Shown here: positions 30,556-43,253 of the stretch, piece by piece
How positions within the stretch are numbered: the first letter of the stretch is position 1
Layout of the letters: each line of letters begins with the position of its first letter
Assembly: GCA_964016885.1 (NCBI GenBank)
Contig: OZ024740.1
Span: 47,988,001-48,052,000, forward strand
Reading direction: 5' to 3'
Length of the DNA stretch: 64,000 nt
DNA from: Eledone cirrhosa
Lineage: Eukaryota
Notes under the pieces: generated by a model
Database searches by the model: none
Seen by the model: only the letters and a program-made list of their open reading frames with translations
What the model was told of the DNA's origin: nothing
Position numbers and translations under genes: made by a program

Positions 30556-30974
30556 ACCGAGACCTTTGGCGGTACTCAGTAATAGAGAAAACCCGCCTTA
30601 CCTAAATACAAAGTAAAACCTACTACAGTCAGTAGGCATCTCTAACAAAATACACCCCGTCCCACCACCCCCACCCCATCCACACCGCCCCTTTCAATGT
30701 AAAATTATGTTGGTGCCACAACATCCAGGCCGAAACAAATGAGATCGTGTAGGTGTCACGACAAAAAAACACAGTCCACACTGTAAATGTAGCCGTGTAG
30801 GCAACATGGTAAAAACCTCCCAGCCCCACACTGTAAATATGGTTGGTGTTAGGAAGGGCATCCAGCTGTAGAAAACCCGCCAGACAGTCCTATGCGAGCA
30901 ATGACAACCAGTCTTGCCTCAAGTGGGAAAACTCCCGTCCAAACCCATGCAAGCGTGGAACATGGACGTTAAAC
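30556..30974 (+). mobile_element. RTE family 1 3' UTR fragment
   Basis: Matches 41444-41870; tail degenerates into GCC/GTC/GTT triplets. Confidence 0.9.
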
Positions 30975-31016
30975 GCCGTCGCCGTTGTCGTCGTTGTTGT
31001 TGTTGTGTATGTATAT

Positions 31017-31131
31017 ATCATCATCATCATCATCATCAACGTTTAACGTCCGTGTTCCACGCTTGCATGGGTTTGGACGGGGGTAGTCCCACTTGAGGCA
31101 AGAGTGATTGTCTTGCTCGCATAGGACTGTC
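31017..31131 (-). mobile_element. RTE family 1 extreme 3' end
   Basis: Reverse complement of ~41778-41892. Confidence 0.9.
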
Positions 31132-31498
31132 GTTTTCATTTTATTACAACTCATCGTTTTCGGTGCGCCTGACCGATTTAACTCACTCGATATGCAAATT
31201 AGGCTGCTCAGCCGTTAATTTTCATAAGGAAAGTATATACTTTCGAACGTTCAACTATCTGGCAGATGGGTATACGGTGCTGATGATAGCTAACAAGCTT
31301 GAAACTAGTACATCGTTCCTGTGTCAATGTTGAACAAAAAGGTGACGTGGTTGCCTTAACACCGTGCGGCATAAATTCAGGCTGTTCAGTTTGTTTACAA
31401 ACGAACAAAGCGGGCGCTGTAATAAGCGTCCGCTAAACTGATGCGTACATATATGTATGTGTACCTACGACGGCCTATGCCTCCGTTAATTTATCGTG

Positions 31499-31500
<2 letters not shown>
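31132..31500 (+). mobile_element. CpG-rich, hairpin-rich non-coding segment carrying a hammerhead (Penelope/retrozyme-like)
   Basis: Hammerhead motif, palindrome GAAAGTATATACTTTC (31229-31244), hairpin AGCGGGCGCT..AGCGTCCGCT (31409-31434); runs into (TA)n. Confidence 0.6.
31274..31316 (+). ncRNA. Minimal type I hammerhead ribozyme with palindromic stem III
   Basis: ACGGUG-CUGAUGA-U-AGCU(AACA)AGCU-U-GAAA-C(UA)G-UA^CAUCGU. Distal stem GUUCAAC/GUUGAAC (31249/31335). U.U instead of the usual G-C at the base of stem II. Confidence 0.75.
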
Positions 31501-31532
<32 letters not shown>

Positions 31533-31656
31533 GCATGCTACTGTACGTCTGTATACATATATGTATGTACGTATACATACATACTTATATATATATATAT
31601 ATGTTTATATATATATATGTTTATATATATATGTTTATATATGTTTATATATATAT

Positions 31657-31717
<61 letters not shown>

Positions 31718-31743
31718 TATATATATATATATATATATATATA

Positions 31744-32256
31744 AACAAGAAGGGTTTCTCCCTGCGTACGAAAGGCCGGTTGTATGATGCCTGTGTGAGG
31801 AGCGCGATGCTGCATGGTAGTGAGACATGGGCAGCTACCGCAGAAGATATGCGACGGCTGGAGAGAAATGAGGCAAGCATGCTCCGTTGGATGTGCAGTG
31901 TAAATGTGCGTGAACGACCCAGAATAAATGTGTTGAGAGAGAAACTGTGTCTGAGAGGGATAGAATGTAGTGTACGGGAGAGGAGACTGAGGTGGTATGG
32001 ACATGTGATGCGCATGGAGGATGACCGATGGGTGAAGAAGTGCCAGGAAATGCCAGTTGAAGGAAGACGTAGTAGAGGTAGACCACGAAAAACATGGGCG
32101 GAGGTGGTGAGAACAGACCTCAGATCATTGAAGCTCACGGTGGAGATGACGAGGGACCGTGACGAGTGGAGAGATGCTGTGCTGAATAAGACCCGTCCCA
32201 CCCTTGCAAGCAGGGAAAAGCGGACGTAAAATGATGATGATGATGATGATGATGAT
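31744..32256 (+). mobile_element. RTE family 3, 5'-truncated, open frame to tail
   Basis: [39 protein letters not shown]; stop at 32229 followed almost at once by (ATG)n; both flanks are the same TATATGTTTA-type array. Confidence 0.92.
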
Positions 32257-32268
32257 ATATATATATAT

Positions 32269-32384
<116 letters not shown>

Positions 32385-32883
32385 TACTTATAATTATATC
32401 ATTATTACCTCATGTATATTGGGTAGATGTATTAGTATTATTATTATTATTATTTTCATTCTATCATGCTTATTTTTATATTCAAACTCTTAATAAGGTT
32501 TAATTTGTGCAGTTGAAGATGGATGTGTGTATTGTTGTATGTGTATGTGTGTGTATGTGTGCGCACATATATACATATGCATATTGTACCTTTTGATTTT
32601 TATTGTAATTTTAATGTTGGTAAAGGTATATTATATTATATTATATTACATTGTATTATATATAATTCCTGCTCTATATAACCACCTTTGTTTAGCTCTA
32701 GGTTTTTTTGCTTTGGACTATATTTGTAATATGGTTCTTAATGTTATATACATCCTTAGTAATTTTTATTATATATTTTTATTATTTTTATTATATATTT
32801 TTGCAATACTCTAGTGTATGTACACTCCATATTCTTCGGAGCTTCCGGCTTGTATCTGCCGATATTACTTCTTGTTGTTTTAA

Positions 32884-32925
32884 TTGCCCTGATGAGTCCT
32901 TAATAGGACGAAACATTGTCGGCTA
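32884..32925 (+). ncRNA. Type I hammerhead ribozyme, canonical core, minimal stem III
   Basis: GCC-CUGAUGA-GUCCU(UAAU)AGGAC-GAAA-C(AUU)G-UC^GGC, followed by AATAAA at 32925-32930. Confidence 0.9.
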
Positions 32926-33020
32926 ATAAAGACTTTTGATGTATTGAAGGCTTCTTTGTTTTACTCTCTTAATTAATATATATATATATATATATATGTT
33001 TATATATATATATATATATA

Positions 33021-33213
33021 TCATCATCATCATCATCATCATCAGGTTTAGCGTCCGTGTTCCACGCTTGCATGGGTTTGGACGGGGGTTTTCCCACTTG
33101 AGGCAAGAGTGGTTGTCTTGCTCGCATAGGACTGTCTGGCGGGTTTTCAACAGTTGGATGCCCTTCCTAACACCAACCACATTTACAGTGTGGGGCTGGG
33201 AGGTTTTTACCGT
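33021..33213 (-). mobile_element. RTE family 1 3' end
   Basis: Reverse complement of the family 3' UTR with (ATC)n tail, inside a TA array. Confidence 0.9.
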
Positions 33214-34112
33214 GTATATATATATATATATGTTATATATATATATATATGTTATATATATATATATATATAAACATATATATATATATTAGTCATACGA
33301 GGAGGTGAAAGATTGATGTCATTTAATGTTTAGTATGAACTTTTGTACATTGATATTTGCAGTGGGAAATGTGGGCAGGGGAAAAATTCTGATGGTATGC
33401 AGCTCTTTGAGAAATGATTGAGTAAAGTGTTTAATGTGGAGTTTGTAGCAAGAAATACAACAATAAGGATGAGGGGTGGTGTGGTTGTTGTTGTTCCTTT
33501 TTGTATAGGGTGTGATTTGAGTGAAATTTGGTTGCTATTTCTTGCAAGTTGAGTGACTACATAAAGGATGATTCATAAGTTCATTATCATCTGGTGGTTA
33601 GGACCCCTTGTGGTTGTGAGGTTGCTGCATTGGGTGGCTTTTGGTGGAAGTGGTGTACAGGTTGCTAGTTCTGTGGAGCAGAAGGCTGGTAGAAGAGACA
33701 GAGAGAAGAAACAGCACATCTTTGAGGTAGTGGTTGTAATGTGTTGGTGTCACAATCTTTATCAATCAAGTAGATGACCTTTTTATGAATGTCATCTAAG
33801 AGTTGTGTGTGGCAGCAGCAACACAATCTTGGGTGTACAATCAGTTGTTTAACATGGGTGTTACTTGTGCTTTGTTGATTGATCAGAGCTGAGAAAACAG
33901 CTTTTATGATTTAGTTGTTGCAATGTTATGCTTGTATATCTAGTTTAGAATAGGTACACTCTACCTCTACATGTCATAGAGGCAACTAAAAACGTTGACA
34001 CCAGGAAGGGTATGTGGCCATAAAACATTGCCACAAAAATGACCCAATATTAAGAAGGAAGCCCGTCATGGGGCTTGCAAGAACAACCTCTATTTTATCA
34101 TGAGAAATAGCC

Positions 34113-34293
34113 TTACCCTTTAGCATTCAAACTGGCTGTAATGGCCACTCATACTGATATTAAGGTATTGTTCTCAAAACAAATAATATCAATCTCACAG
34201 ATTCGATATTATGTGAGATAATTATGGGAGGTAAAGCCTTCACCATGTAAATACAATAGTAAATATAGAGTAATGCAAATGCTAAAGGGTTAA
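34113..34293. mobile_element. MITE family A, internally deleted
   Basis: TTAC-CCTTTAGCATTCA ... AATGCTAAAGGG-TTAA. Confidence 0.8.
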
Positions 34294-35306
34294 AACACCT
34301 GTTGTTGTTATTGATTTATATATATGGCTTGCCTTTGGAGATTATCAGAAATTGTAAGGCTTAGCTTTTGTAGTAAGTTTGAGGATTTTATTTGTATGTT
34401 CTTCATGAATAGAATTGGCAGAGTCATTAAGGTGTTGGATAAAATGCTTTACAGTATTCGTCCCACCTCATTGCATGCTCTGAGTTCAAATCCTGCCGTG
34501 GTCAACTTTGCCTTTCATCCTTTCGAGGTTGATAAAAAAAAAAGTCCAGTACTGGGGTCGATTCTTCCTCTATAGAAAAAATCGGCTGTGTTTAGACCTG
34601 GAGGGTGTTGGGCTCCACCAGATTTTAAAATGCCCTACACACACCGTATGATGATGCCTCTACAACTCCACAAGGAGTTATGGGATCTTTATCCTTATCC
34701 ATGAATAGAGAGGGTAGAGTATTGCTATGTTGTTTCTTTAATATATACAGTGGCTGCCTTTTAAAGCCATTAATAATATACCTTTTAGTAGATGTTTGAT
34801 GCAGCTGATCATCTGTTCTGGAGGAGAATATGCTTTTTTTGGCCATGACATCTTCAAAAGTAATCATAAAAGCAGTGATTTGGCAGTCATTAATGTTTTG
34901 ATTTTAAAATTCTTTGGTTCATTCTGAGTTCAAATCCCACTGAGATCAACTTTGTCTTTTTGAGGTCAATATATAATGTACCAGTCTAGTACTGGGGTTG
35001 GTTCTCTCCCTCTGTCTGTGGAAGAAATTGACTGTGTCCTGACTTAGTGAGGGATGATTTCCGCCAGGTTTAAAATACTCATGAAATACCATGTATCGAG
35101 TCAGCACCCATACAAATCCATCAGGAGTTAAAGGCCCTTTACGTTGTAGTGCACCTGAGCACTATACAAAATAATTTCATTATTATTATTATTATTATTA
35201 TTATTAAATCCAGTTGGTTCTGTGCTGGGTGATAGATAGCAGACCTACCAACCTCTTAAAACCCACACAGGGAGTAATGAGGCAAAATAAGGAGATTTTA
35301 CATAAT

Positions 35307-35490
35307 TGTTTCTACTTTAGGCACAAGGCCAGCAATTACCCAGTGCATTACTGGTACTTTATTTTATCGACCCCGTAAGGATGAAAGGCAAAGTCAACCT
35401 CGGCGGGATTTGAACTCAGATTGTAAAGGGATGTAACTATGCTGGAAAGCATGGCGTCCGACCCTCTACCGATACTGCCAATCCACCGCC
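35307..35490 (-). mobile_element. Young SINE family S1 with 18-bp TSD
   Basis: AAGGAGATTTTACATAAT at 35289-35306 and 35491-35508. Confidence 0.93.
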
Positions 35491-37179
35491 AAGGAGATTT
35501 TACATAATGAAAGCTATATCCATTTTCCTTTCCCTTTCCTTTAACCATAAAGGGGAGGCTGACAGAAAGAAACGTCATGGAAGCTGGCCAACAAGAACTC
35601 TTGGACCCAACTGCGCCCTAATTCTTATGTGCTCGTTGCCAGTAATCAAAAATCAGTTTATACAACGGTTTTAGAACAAATAGATAATTTCAATGGAATT
35701 TAATCCTTGCTACCTAAAGATGCTGATAATGATGATGAAGAAAACTAAGTTGTGTTTCGTCAGAGGATGTTTTATGTTTCTTCTCATATGTGTAAGTTTA
35801 TTGTGAGGTGTTGAAGCTGTTTAGTAAATTATACATGTGTGTATGGATAATTAAGGAAGAGTGGTGGGTGATATGATTTGTATAGAAATATGTTGTTAGA
35901 AATAGCAGCAAGTAGGTTATTTATGAACAGAAAGAAGAATGCAGGAAACATATACAAGTCCTTAAGCACACTAGAATTGATACAATGTGTGCTTAAGAAT
36001 GGAATTAAACCTTGTTAATGCATGTTTTGATGGAGTGGTCAAACAAGGTGCGACTAGTTCAAGAATTCTCAAAACAAATTTGCTTTTTTATAAATGTAGC
36101 TATTTATATAAAATAATATTGTAAATGAAATGGATGAATTCCTTAGATGTTCTTTTCTTTCCGGAAGATCTGTGAGGCATGTATGTGTGTGTGTGTGTGG
36201 TGGTGGCGTACAGGAAATGTTCAGGTATATGAGCGTTATGTTGATGTCTATATTGTATGGTTGTTCTTGTTGTTGTTCGATTCTGTCTTCCACACAAGTA
36301 GGACATTGGCCAGATTTGTACTGAGAATGCAAAAAGCCCAAACAAATATTGCATGGTATCTTGTCCAATGCATTAATAACTGCACCAGTCCACCACCCTA
36401 GACTGGTGCTTTAATTCCATCCATCCAGGGACCCTGAACTCATGATATAATTTTAGGGACGCCATTGTTATATATGAGCATTTAAACCTGGCAGGGTCCA
36501 TCTCTCTTGAAACCTGAACACAACCAATTTCTTTGAGAGAGAGAGAATTAATCCCTGTACTGAACAGGTGTGGTAAATAAATATATACATATATATATTA
36601 GGTCAGAACATAATGGAATCAAATTCCCATTTTTACTGCCTCTGTCTCTCACTCTCACCATCTCTCACTGTTATAAGCAAATGGTGGCCCATGCACTGGC
36701 TACCCATGCGCTACCCACCCCGCTGCCCTGGCAGACAATAGAGAGGATGGTGAGGGAGGTGCATTGGATGGACCATTCCAGCTCGAGAAGCTCACACCTG
36801 CAGGTAACCAACTCTGTGCCGATGGTAGTGAGTAGGGAGGTGGCCCTAGGGCCAAGGACACAACAAGTCTCCACATATCAACCTTGAAAGGGTGAAAGAC
36901 AAAGTTGGTCTCAATGAGATTTGAACTCAGAATGCAGAGAACCAGAACAAATACTGCCATTCTCTCTGATGTTCTAATGACTGCCAATTCACTACCTAAT
37001 ACATAAATATATGTCGTTTGTAATTACATATAGCATTATTTATTGGATTTTGTGGAGTAGGGAAGTTACCAAGTAACATTCTGGGTAATGGCTCTCATCA
37101 TTACCATCACCACTCACTTATCCTTGATAAGAGGGATGGTGGTTAAAGTAGACTGTATAACAATATACCCTCCCATACA

Positions 37180-37628
37180 TACCCCACCACCTCACCTACT
37201 ACCTCAACCACTAATATCACCACCATCATCATCACCTCCACCAGCACCATCACTACCACCACCTCTACTACAACTACCACCACCACTACTACTATAACCA
37301 CTACTACTACCACCACCACCACTACTATTATCACCACCACGGCCACACCTATCACCACCAGAAAAATCATCATCTCCACCACCACCACAACCTCTACCAC
37401 CGACACCACCACTACTATTAGCACCATCATCATCATATTACCACAACCACATCTACTTCTACTTTTACCACCAGCATCACTACTACCACGACTACTATTA
37501 CCACTACCTCCACTACCACCATCACCATTACTATTATCATCATCATCATCACCACCACCTCTACTTCTACTTTTACCACAACCACCACCACTACTACTAC
37601 AACCACTACTATTACTTCCTCCACTGCA

Positions 37629-37669
<41 letters not shown>

Positions 37670-37878
37670 TACTATTACTACCACCACTACTATTACTACC
37701 TCCACTACAACTACCACCACTACAACTACCACCTCAACTACTACTACTACTACTCCTACCACCACTACTACTACTAATATTACTACCGCCACTACTATTA
37801 CTACCTCCACTACAACCACCTACTACTACTACTACCACTACTACCATTACCACCACCACCACCACCACTATCACCACC

Positions 37879-37910
<32 letters not shown>

Positions 37911-37960
37911 CACTACCACCACTACTACTACTACCACTACTACAACTATCACCACCATAT
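37180..37960. repeat. (CTA/CCA/CAT)n trinucleotide array
   Basis: Direct inspection. Confidence 0.93.
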
Positions 37961-38077
37961 CTTTGTTTTAATTATACTATTATTATCATAAAGTACAAGT
38001 CGGAAACCAAAACTTCATTACTTCATCATGATTTGAAACTGAGCTGGTGTCATGCCCTCTTGAAGCTAGCTGCAATC

Positions 38078-38158
<81 letters not shown>

Positions 38159-38294
38159 TTGTTTGTTGTATAAAATGCACTACCACCCCGCATATACCCC
38201 TACACACACCCACATATGAACACAAAACTGAAGCTTAAGCTGTTGGCGGTGTAGCTTACAATGAAAAGCATATGTAGTATCCATGTGGTTATTT

Positions 38295-38470
38295 TACTTC
38301 TCCTACCCCTTCTCCCCCTACCCCTCCTACCCTCTTCCTCCTCCTACCCCCTTCTCCCCTACTCCTCCCACCCTCCTCCTCCTACCCCCCTTCTCCCCCT
38401 ACCCCTCCTACCCTCCTCCTCCTACCCTCCTCCTCCTACCCTCCTCCTCCTACCCTCCTACCCTTTCTTG
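38295..38470. repeat. Pyrimidine-rich (CCT/CTACC) tract
   Basis: Direct inspection; (GT)n at ~38098-38156 and (CA)n at ~38647-38715 lie nearby. Confidence 0.9.
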
Positions 38471-38645
38471 TCTTCCTCGCTCACCTAACCAAGACCCCCC
38501 CCCTTTGCTAGAAGAGATAATAGAGCAAGGCTGAATGCTAGGATTAGCAACCACCCACCATTAGTGTTATAATTGTCAGCACAGGTCTCATCTTCCTTCC
38601 CCAAAGCACTAGCACTTACACAACCATTTACACACATACAAACGT

Positions 38646-38717
<72 letters not shown>

Positions 38718-39610
38718 ATATAAATATACATGCACATTGTTACACAGCTTAATACAATTTATATCTCTAATATACATATTTCCCCATTTAGACAGACTCA
38801 AGACACTTCATGGATATTTTTACACCACACTATAACAGATATGCAAATGGTGTGTGAGTGTATATATATATTATAAATGTATGTATGTATATATTATAAA
38901 TGTATGTATGATTATATTATAAATGTATGTATATATATATATAAAAACACAAACACCACTTTCATGCAGACACACACATATATATCATATATATATATAG
39001 TTAAACATAAATGGATCATTAATTGGTTTCAGAGACAAGTATTCAAGTTCTTCTATTAATGGAACTGCCTACTCATTTATTGTATTATAGTGTAAGTTTT
39101 AAAGTATTCCACAACTTCTACTATTAACAAAGAAAGGACAAGACAATGAACGGAAACAAAACAAAATGAAAGCAATCTTTTAAGGAGAAACCTTTAAAAT
39201 TATCTTTTTAGAATAAATCTACAAACAAAGGATACTGAATTCCATGGTCATCAGCCGTTGAGATGGACTTGGGCAGTTTCAACTCCTACCAAGTGATAGG
39301 AAGGGCATCCAGTCATAAAAAAAACTACCAAACAAAAGGTCGGTAAGACTCTTCAACTATGCCAAAGACTTGACAACTCTCCTAGTATTGGAGCTATAAT
39401 GATATGCACTCAGTAAAGCACAGGATTATATGCTGGGTTCCTGGCTCACCTGGAAGTCTGAAGCTCCACTTGAGTATTAACCAGTCTGTGACAATATGTC
39501 CAAACCTTGCTAACAAGGAAAATAGATGTTAAATGATGATGATATGGTGGCGGCAGCCGCCACACAGTCACTCAAACGGCTAGAATTAGCAGCCAAGTCT
39601 CTCTCAAATT

Positions 39611-39683
<73 letters not shown>

Positions 39684-40274
39684 TTCAATATGAAAAAAGA
39701 TAAACATAGAGAACAGTTACACAAAATCTTATTAGTTACATGTTTGTGCAGAAAAGAAAAAAGAATGTCTCAACGTATCAGACAGCAGTCCTTTATCAGA
39801 AAAGAATAAATTTAAAAGAAAAAGGAGTTTGGAAGGTTGAAGAAAAAGAAAAAGATTTATTGGATTTTAACAATGTGTAGATAAAATGGTCAGAGTGCAG
39901 GTTGGGTGCAGAAAGGCAGGAGTGAGGAAAAGTCTTACGTGGGAGTGTAAATGGTGGAGGAAGGTTTTTGGGGGTTGGGCATGGTGTATAGGCAGGATAC
40001 GGGTGCAGAAGAGGAACAGGACAAGGAAATGGAAGCAAGTAGAACAAAAGTGAGGCAAGGTTGGTACAGTGCAAGAGCATTTCTTTTTTAAATCTGTAAT
40101 TCATAGTTAATCTGTAGATAAAACATAGGGGGCCCAAATGGTGGACTTGTAGAGTACTAAGGTGCCAGGTAGATTTACAGGTTCAAATTAGGAGTTTGTA
40201 AAAGCATTGAAAGTGCGTGTATGTGTGTGTTTGTATGTCCATATGTATATATTTCTAAAGTTTAAAGTCTGTCT

Positions 40275-40523
40275 TAAGCCACAAGGCACATTTGGCCAGT
40301 GCTTATCCCAGTTTCATGGCATGAAGTAACTGAGAGTACAAGACTCCCCCCTCCCCTAGACAGGACGCCAGTCCATCGCAGGGTTAAACTCATTTTCAGC
40401 TGAGTATACTGGAGCAACGTGAAATGAAATGTTTTGCTCAAGAAGATAACACGCTACGCAGGAATCAAACCCACATTATGCTCGTAAGTCCAACACCCTT
40501 ACCACTAGGTCACGTGCCTCCAC
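40275..40523 (-). mobile_element. tRNA-derived SINE with CORE-like domain
   Basis: Minus head GGAGGCACGTGACCTAGTGGTAAGGGTG..GGTTTGATTCC (A/B boxes), then TTGAGCAAAACATTTCATTTCACGTTGCTCCAG. Confidence 0.78.
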
Positions 40524-40606
40524 CATGTATATATATATTATTGGCAGTACTGACATGACCATCCCCAAATATAACAACACACACACACACACATATATAT
40601 ATATAT

Positions 40607-41892
40607 GCCTAGAGTCAAAAGGACTTAAAATTAACCTGGCTAAGACCAAAGTACTAGTTTGTAGGAAAGAAAACAAGGCGGCGGTCCCTTCTGGGAAATG
40701 GTCGTGCTCGGTGTGTAGGAAAGGCGTAGGTAGAAACTCCATTTTATGTCCTAAATGCAAAGTATGGGTGCATAAAAGATGTAGTGGGATCACAGGTAAG
40801 CTAACTAAGAACATAGATTTTACATGTGGCCGGTGTTCTGGTGCATTAAGTAGCAGCAAGTGCCCACAAAATACTAGCTCTTTCAATTGCGCAGAGGGTT
40901 CTATAGAAATAGTGGACAGCTTCCGTTACCTGGGTGACAAAATCAGCAGTGGGGGAGGGTGCTCTGAAAGTACTGTAGCTAGAGTCAGAACTAGTTGGAA
41001 AAAGTTCAGAGAGCTTATACCACTATTAGCTGCTAAAGGGTTCTCCCTAAAAATGAAAGGCAGGTTGTACGATGTCTGCATACGAACAGCAATGCTGCAT
41101 GGCAGTGAGACCTGGGCATTGTGTGCAGAGGATATACGCAGACTAGAGAGGAACGAAACTTGCATGCTCCGCTGGATGTGTAACAGTAATAATATACGTG
41201 AACGGCAAAGCATAAACGAACTAAGGAAAAAATTAGAGATAAGAGGGATCAGATGTTGTTTACTCGAGAGAAGGCTACGTTGGTATGGACACGTGATGCG
41301 CATGAAAGTCGATAGCTGTATAACAAAGTGCAGGGCAATAAAGATAGACGGTAGTCACGGAATAGGCAGACCTAGAAAAACCTGGGACGAGCTGATAAAC
41401 TCCGACATCACACACTTACACCTCTCCAAGACAATGTCACTGGACCGAGACCTTTGGCGGTACTCAGTAACAGAGAAGACCCGCCTTACCTAAATATATA
41501 GTAAAACCTACTCCAGCCAGTAGGCATCTCTAACAAAATACACCCCGTCCCACCACCACCACCCCCACCCCATCCACACCACCCCGTTCTATGTAAAGTT
41601 ATGTTGGTGCCGCGCCATCGAGGCCGAAACAAATGAGATCGTGTAGGTGTCACGACAAAAAAACACACAGTCCACGCTGTAATGTGGCCGTGTAGGCAAC
41701 ACGGTAAAAACCTCCCAGACCCACACTGTAAATGTGGTTGGTGTTAGGAAGGGCATCCAACTGTAGAAAACCTGCCAGACAGTCCTATGCGAGCAAGACA
41801 ATCACTCTTGCCTCAAGTGGGACTACCCCCGTCCAAACCCATGCAAGCGTGGAACACGGACGTTAAACGTTGATGATGATGATGATGATGAT
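40607..41892 (+). mobile_element. RTE family 1, longest copy (5'-truncated, open frame to 41493) with PHD finger
   Basis: LESKGLKINLAKTKV-[C4HC3]-[15 protein letters not shown]..; ~390-nt 3' UTR with internal repeats; (GAT)n tail. Confidence 0.95.
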
Positions 41893-41910
41893 ATATATAA
41901 TGTGTCTGTG

Positions 41911-42027
41911 TGTTGGAGGTTATTTCATACTTTCCTTCAAATTATAATGTATGTTTAAATATGTGAATGTACATACATATTAAACATACATTATAATTTG
42001 GAAGAAAGTATGGAATAACCTCCAACA
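41911..42027. repeat. Long imperfect inverted repeat (~54-bp arms)
   Basis: TGTTGGAGGTTATTTCATACTTTC.. / ..GAAAGTATGGAATAACCTCCAACA. Confidence 0.92.
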
Positions 42028-42612
42028 AGAATAGAAGCTCCTTATCTCCTGCTGATTGGACAGACGTTCTAGCCCTCACAATATATACAAACTACCATTT
42101 CTATTCCAAAATTAGACAAATCAAAAGAGCAACCTCCATACAGTCACTCAATCTCCTAGAATTAGTAACCAATTCTTTCTCAAATTATACGCTACCATTT
42201 TTTAAAATAGAGGGAAGATATATCAGATACATCAGATAATGCAGATCACATATGTGAGAAAAAAAAGGACAGTATGATCATGGCTAGAATGCCATATATC
42301 ATAGATCTGCTTAACTCTTTTGATATCAACCCAGCTAAAATTGACTCTGATTGTATTAAACAAGACCTCCTGTTTTAGAGAGCCTATTTAAATTAAAATC
42401 TTCTGACATAATTTTATCTAAGATCCATATATTAAGTTACTATCTTATTAATTTTAGTAAATCTCTCAAAAACCTTCATTAATTAATTGAAATAAAATGT
42501 GTTTCCTGAGTAATTCAACCATGAAATAGTTAATTGTGCCTAAATCGGAAAGCATTATGATATAAATAAACTGAAAAGGACCAATAAGTAATATTGGGAG
42601 TAATAAGTAGTA

Positions 42613-42799
42613 TTAACTCTTAATATCTTGTATCACATAAAACATATAAGTACAAAAAAAAAAAACACTATTAAAATTTAAAGTCTTTACTTTGGTTTTC
42701 TGCAAATTTTCATGATCTGTCTACTAGTTAGCAAATATATCAATTAACAAAACCAATTTTTAGGTGTTTTAAGCTCAGTCATTACAGGATAAGAGTTAA
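42613..42799. mobile_element. TTAA-flanked MITE, third type
   Basis: TTAACTCTTAATATCTTGTA ... TACAGGATAAGAGTTAA (imperfect TIR). Confidence 0.55.
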
Positions 42800-43079
42800 T
42801 GGCTAAGTCATTTTACCTCATTTACTCCTAGAGCTTCTTGTTTCTGACCATAGTTTAATAGCTTAGAAAGAAATGGGTTTATGACTGATAGCCTACAAAA
42901 AAGACGGTCTTTGGTAGAAATTCAAGAACTAATTCAATAAGGTACATTGAACATTTTCATTTTAGGTTAAGGAGTAGCATTATCTGAGTGGGGAGTTTTT
43001 CTTTTGCTCTTTATATTCTGAGTTCAAATCCCACTGAGGTCGACTTTGCTGTTTATCCTTCTGCGGTTGATTAAATAAT

Positions 43080-43253
43080 TGTTTCTACGTTAGGCACAAG
43101 GCCAGCAATTACCCAGTGTATTACTGGTACTTTATTTTATCGACCCCATAAGGATGAAAGGCAAAGTTAACCTCGGCGGGATTTGAACTCAGAATGGCAA
43201 GGGCCGTAACTCTATGCACCAAAGCATGGCATCCGACACTCTGCCAATCCACA
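43080..43253 (-). mobile_element. SINE S1 nested in an older plus-strand SINE, 18-bp TSD
   Basis: TGCGGTTGATTAAATAAT at 43062-43079 and 43254-43271. Confidence 0.92.

Noticed and set aside
37088-37958. Poly-Val / poly-Thr mucin-like ORFs
   Set aside because: Simple (CTA/CCA)n repeat.
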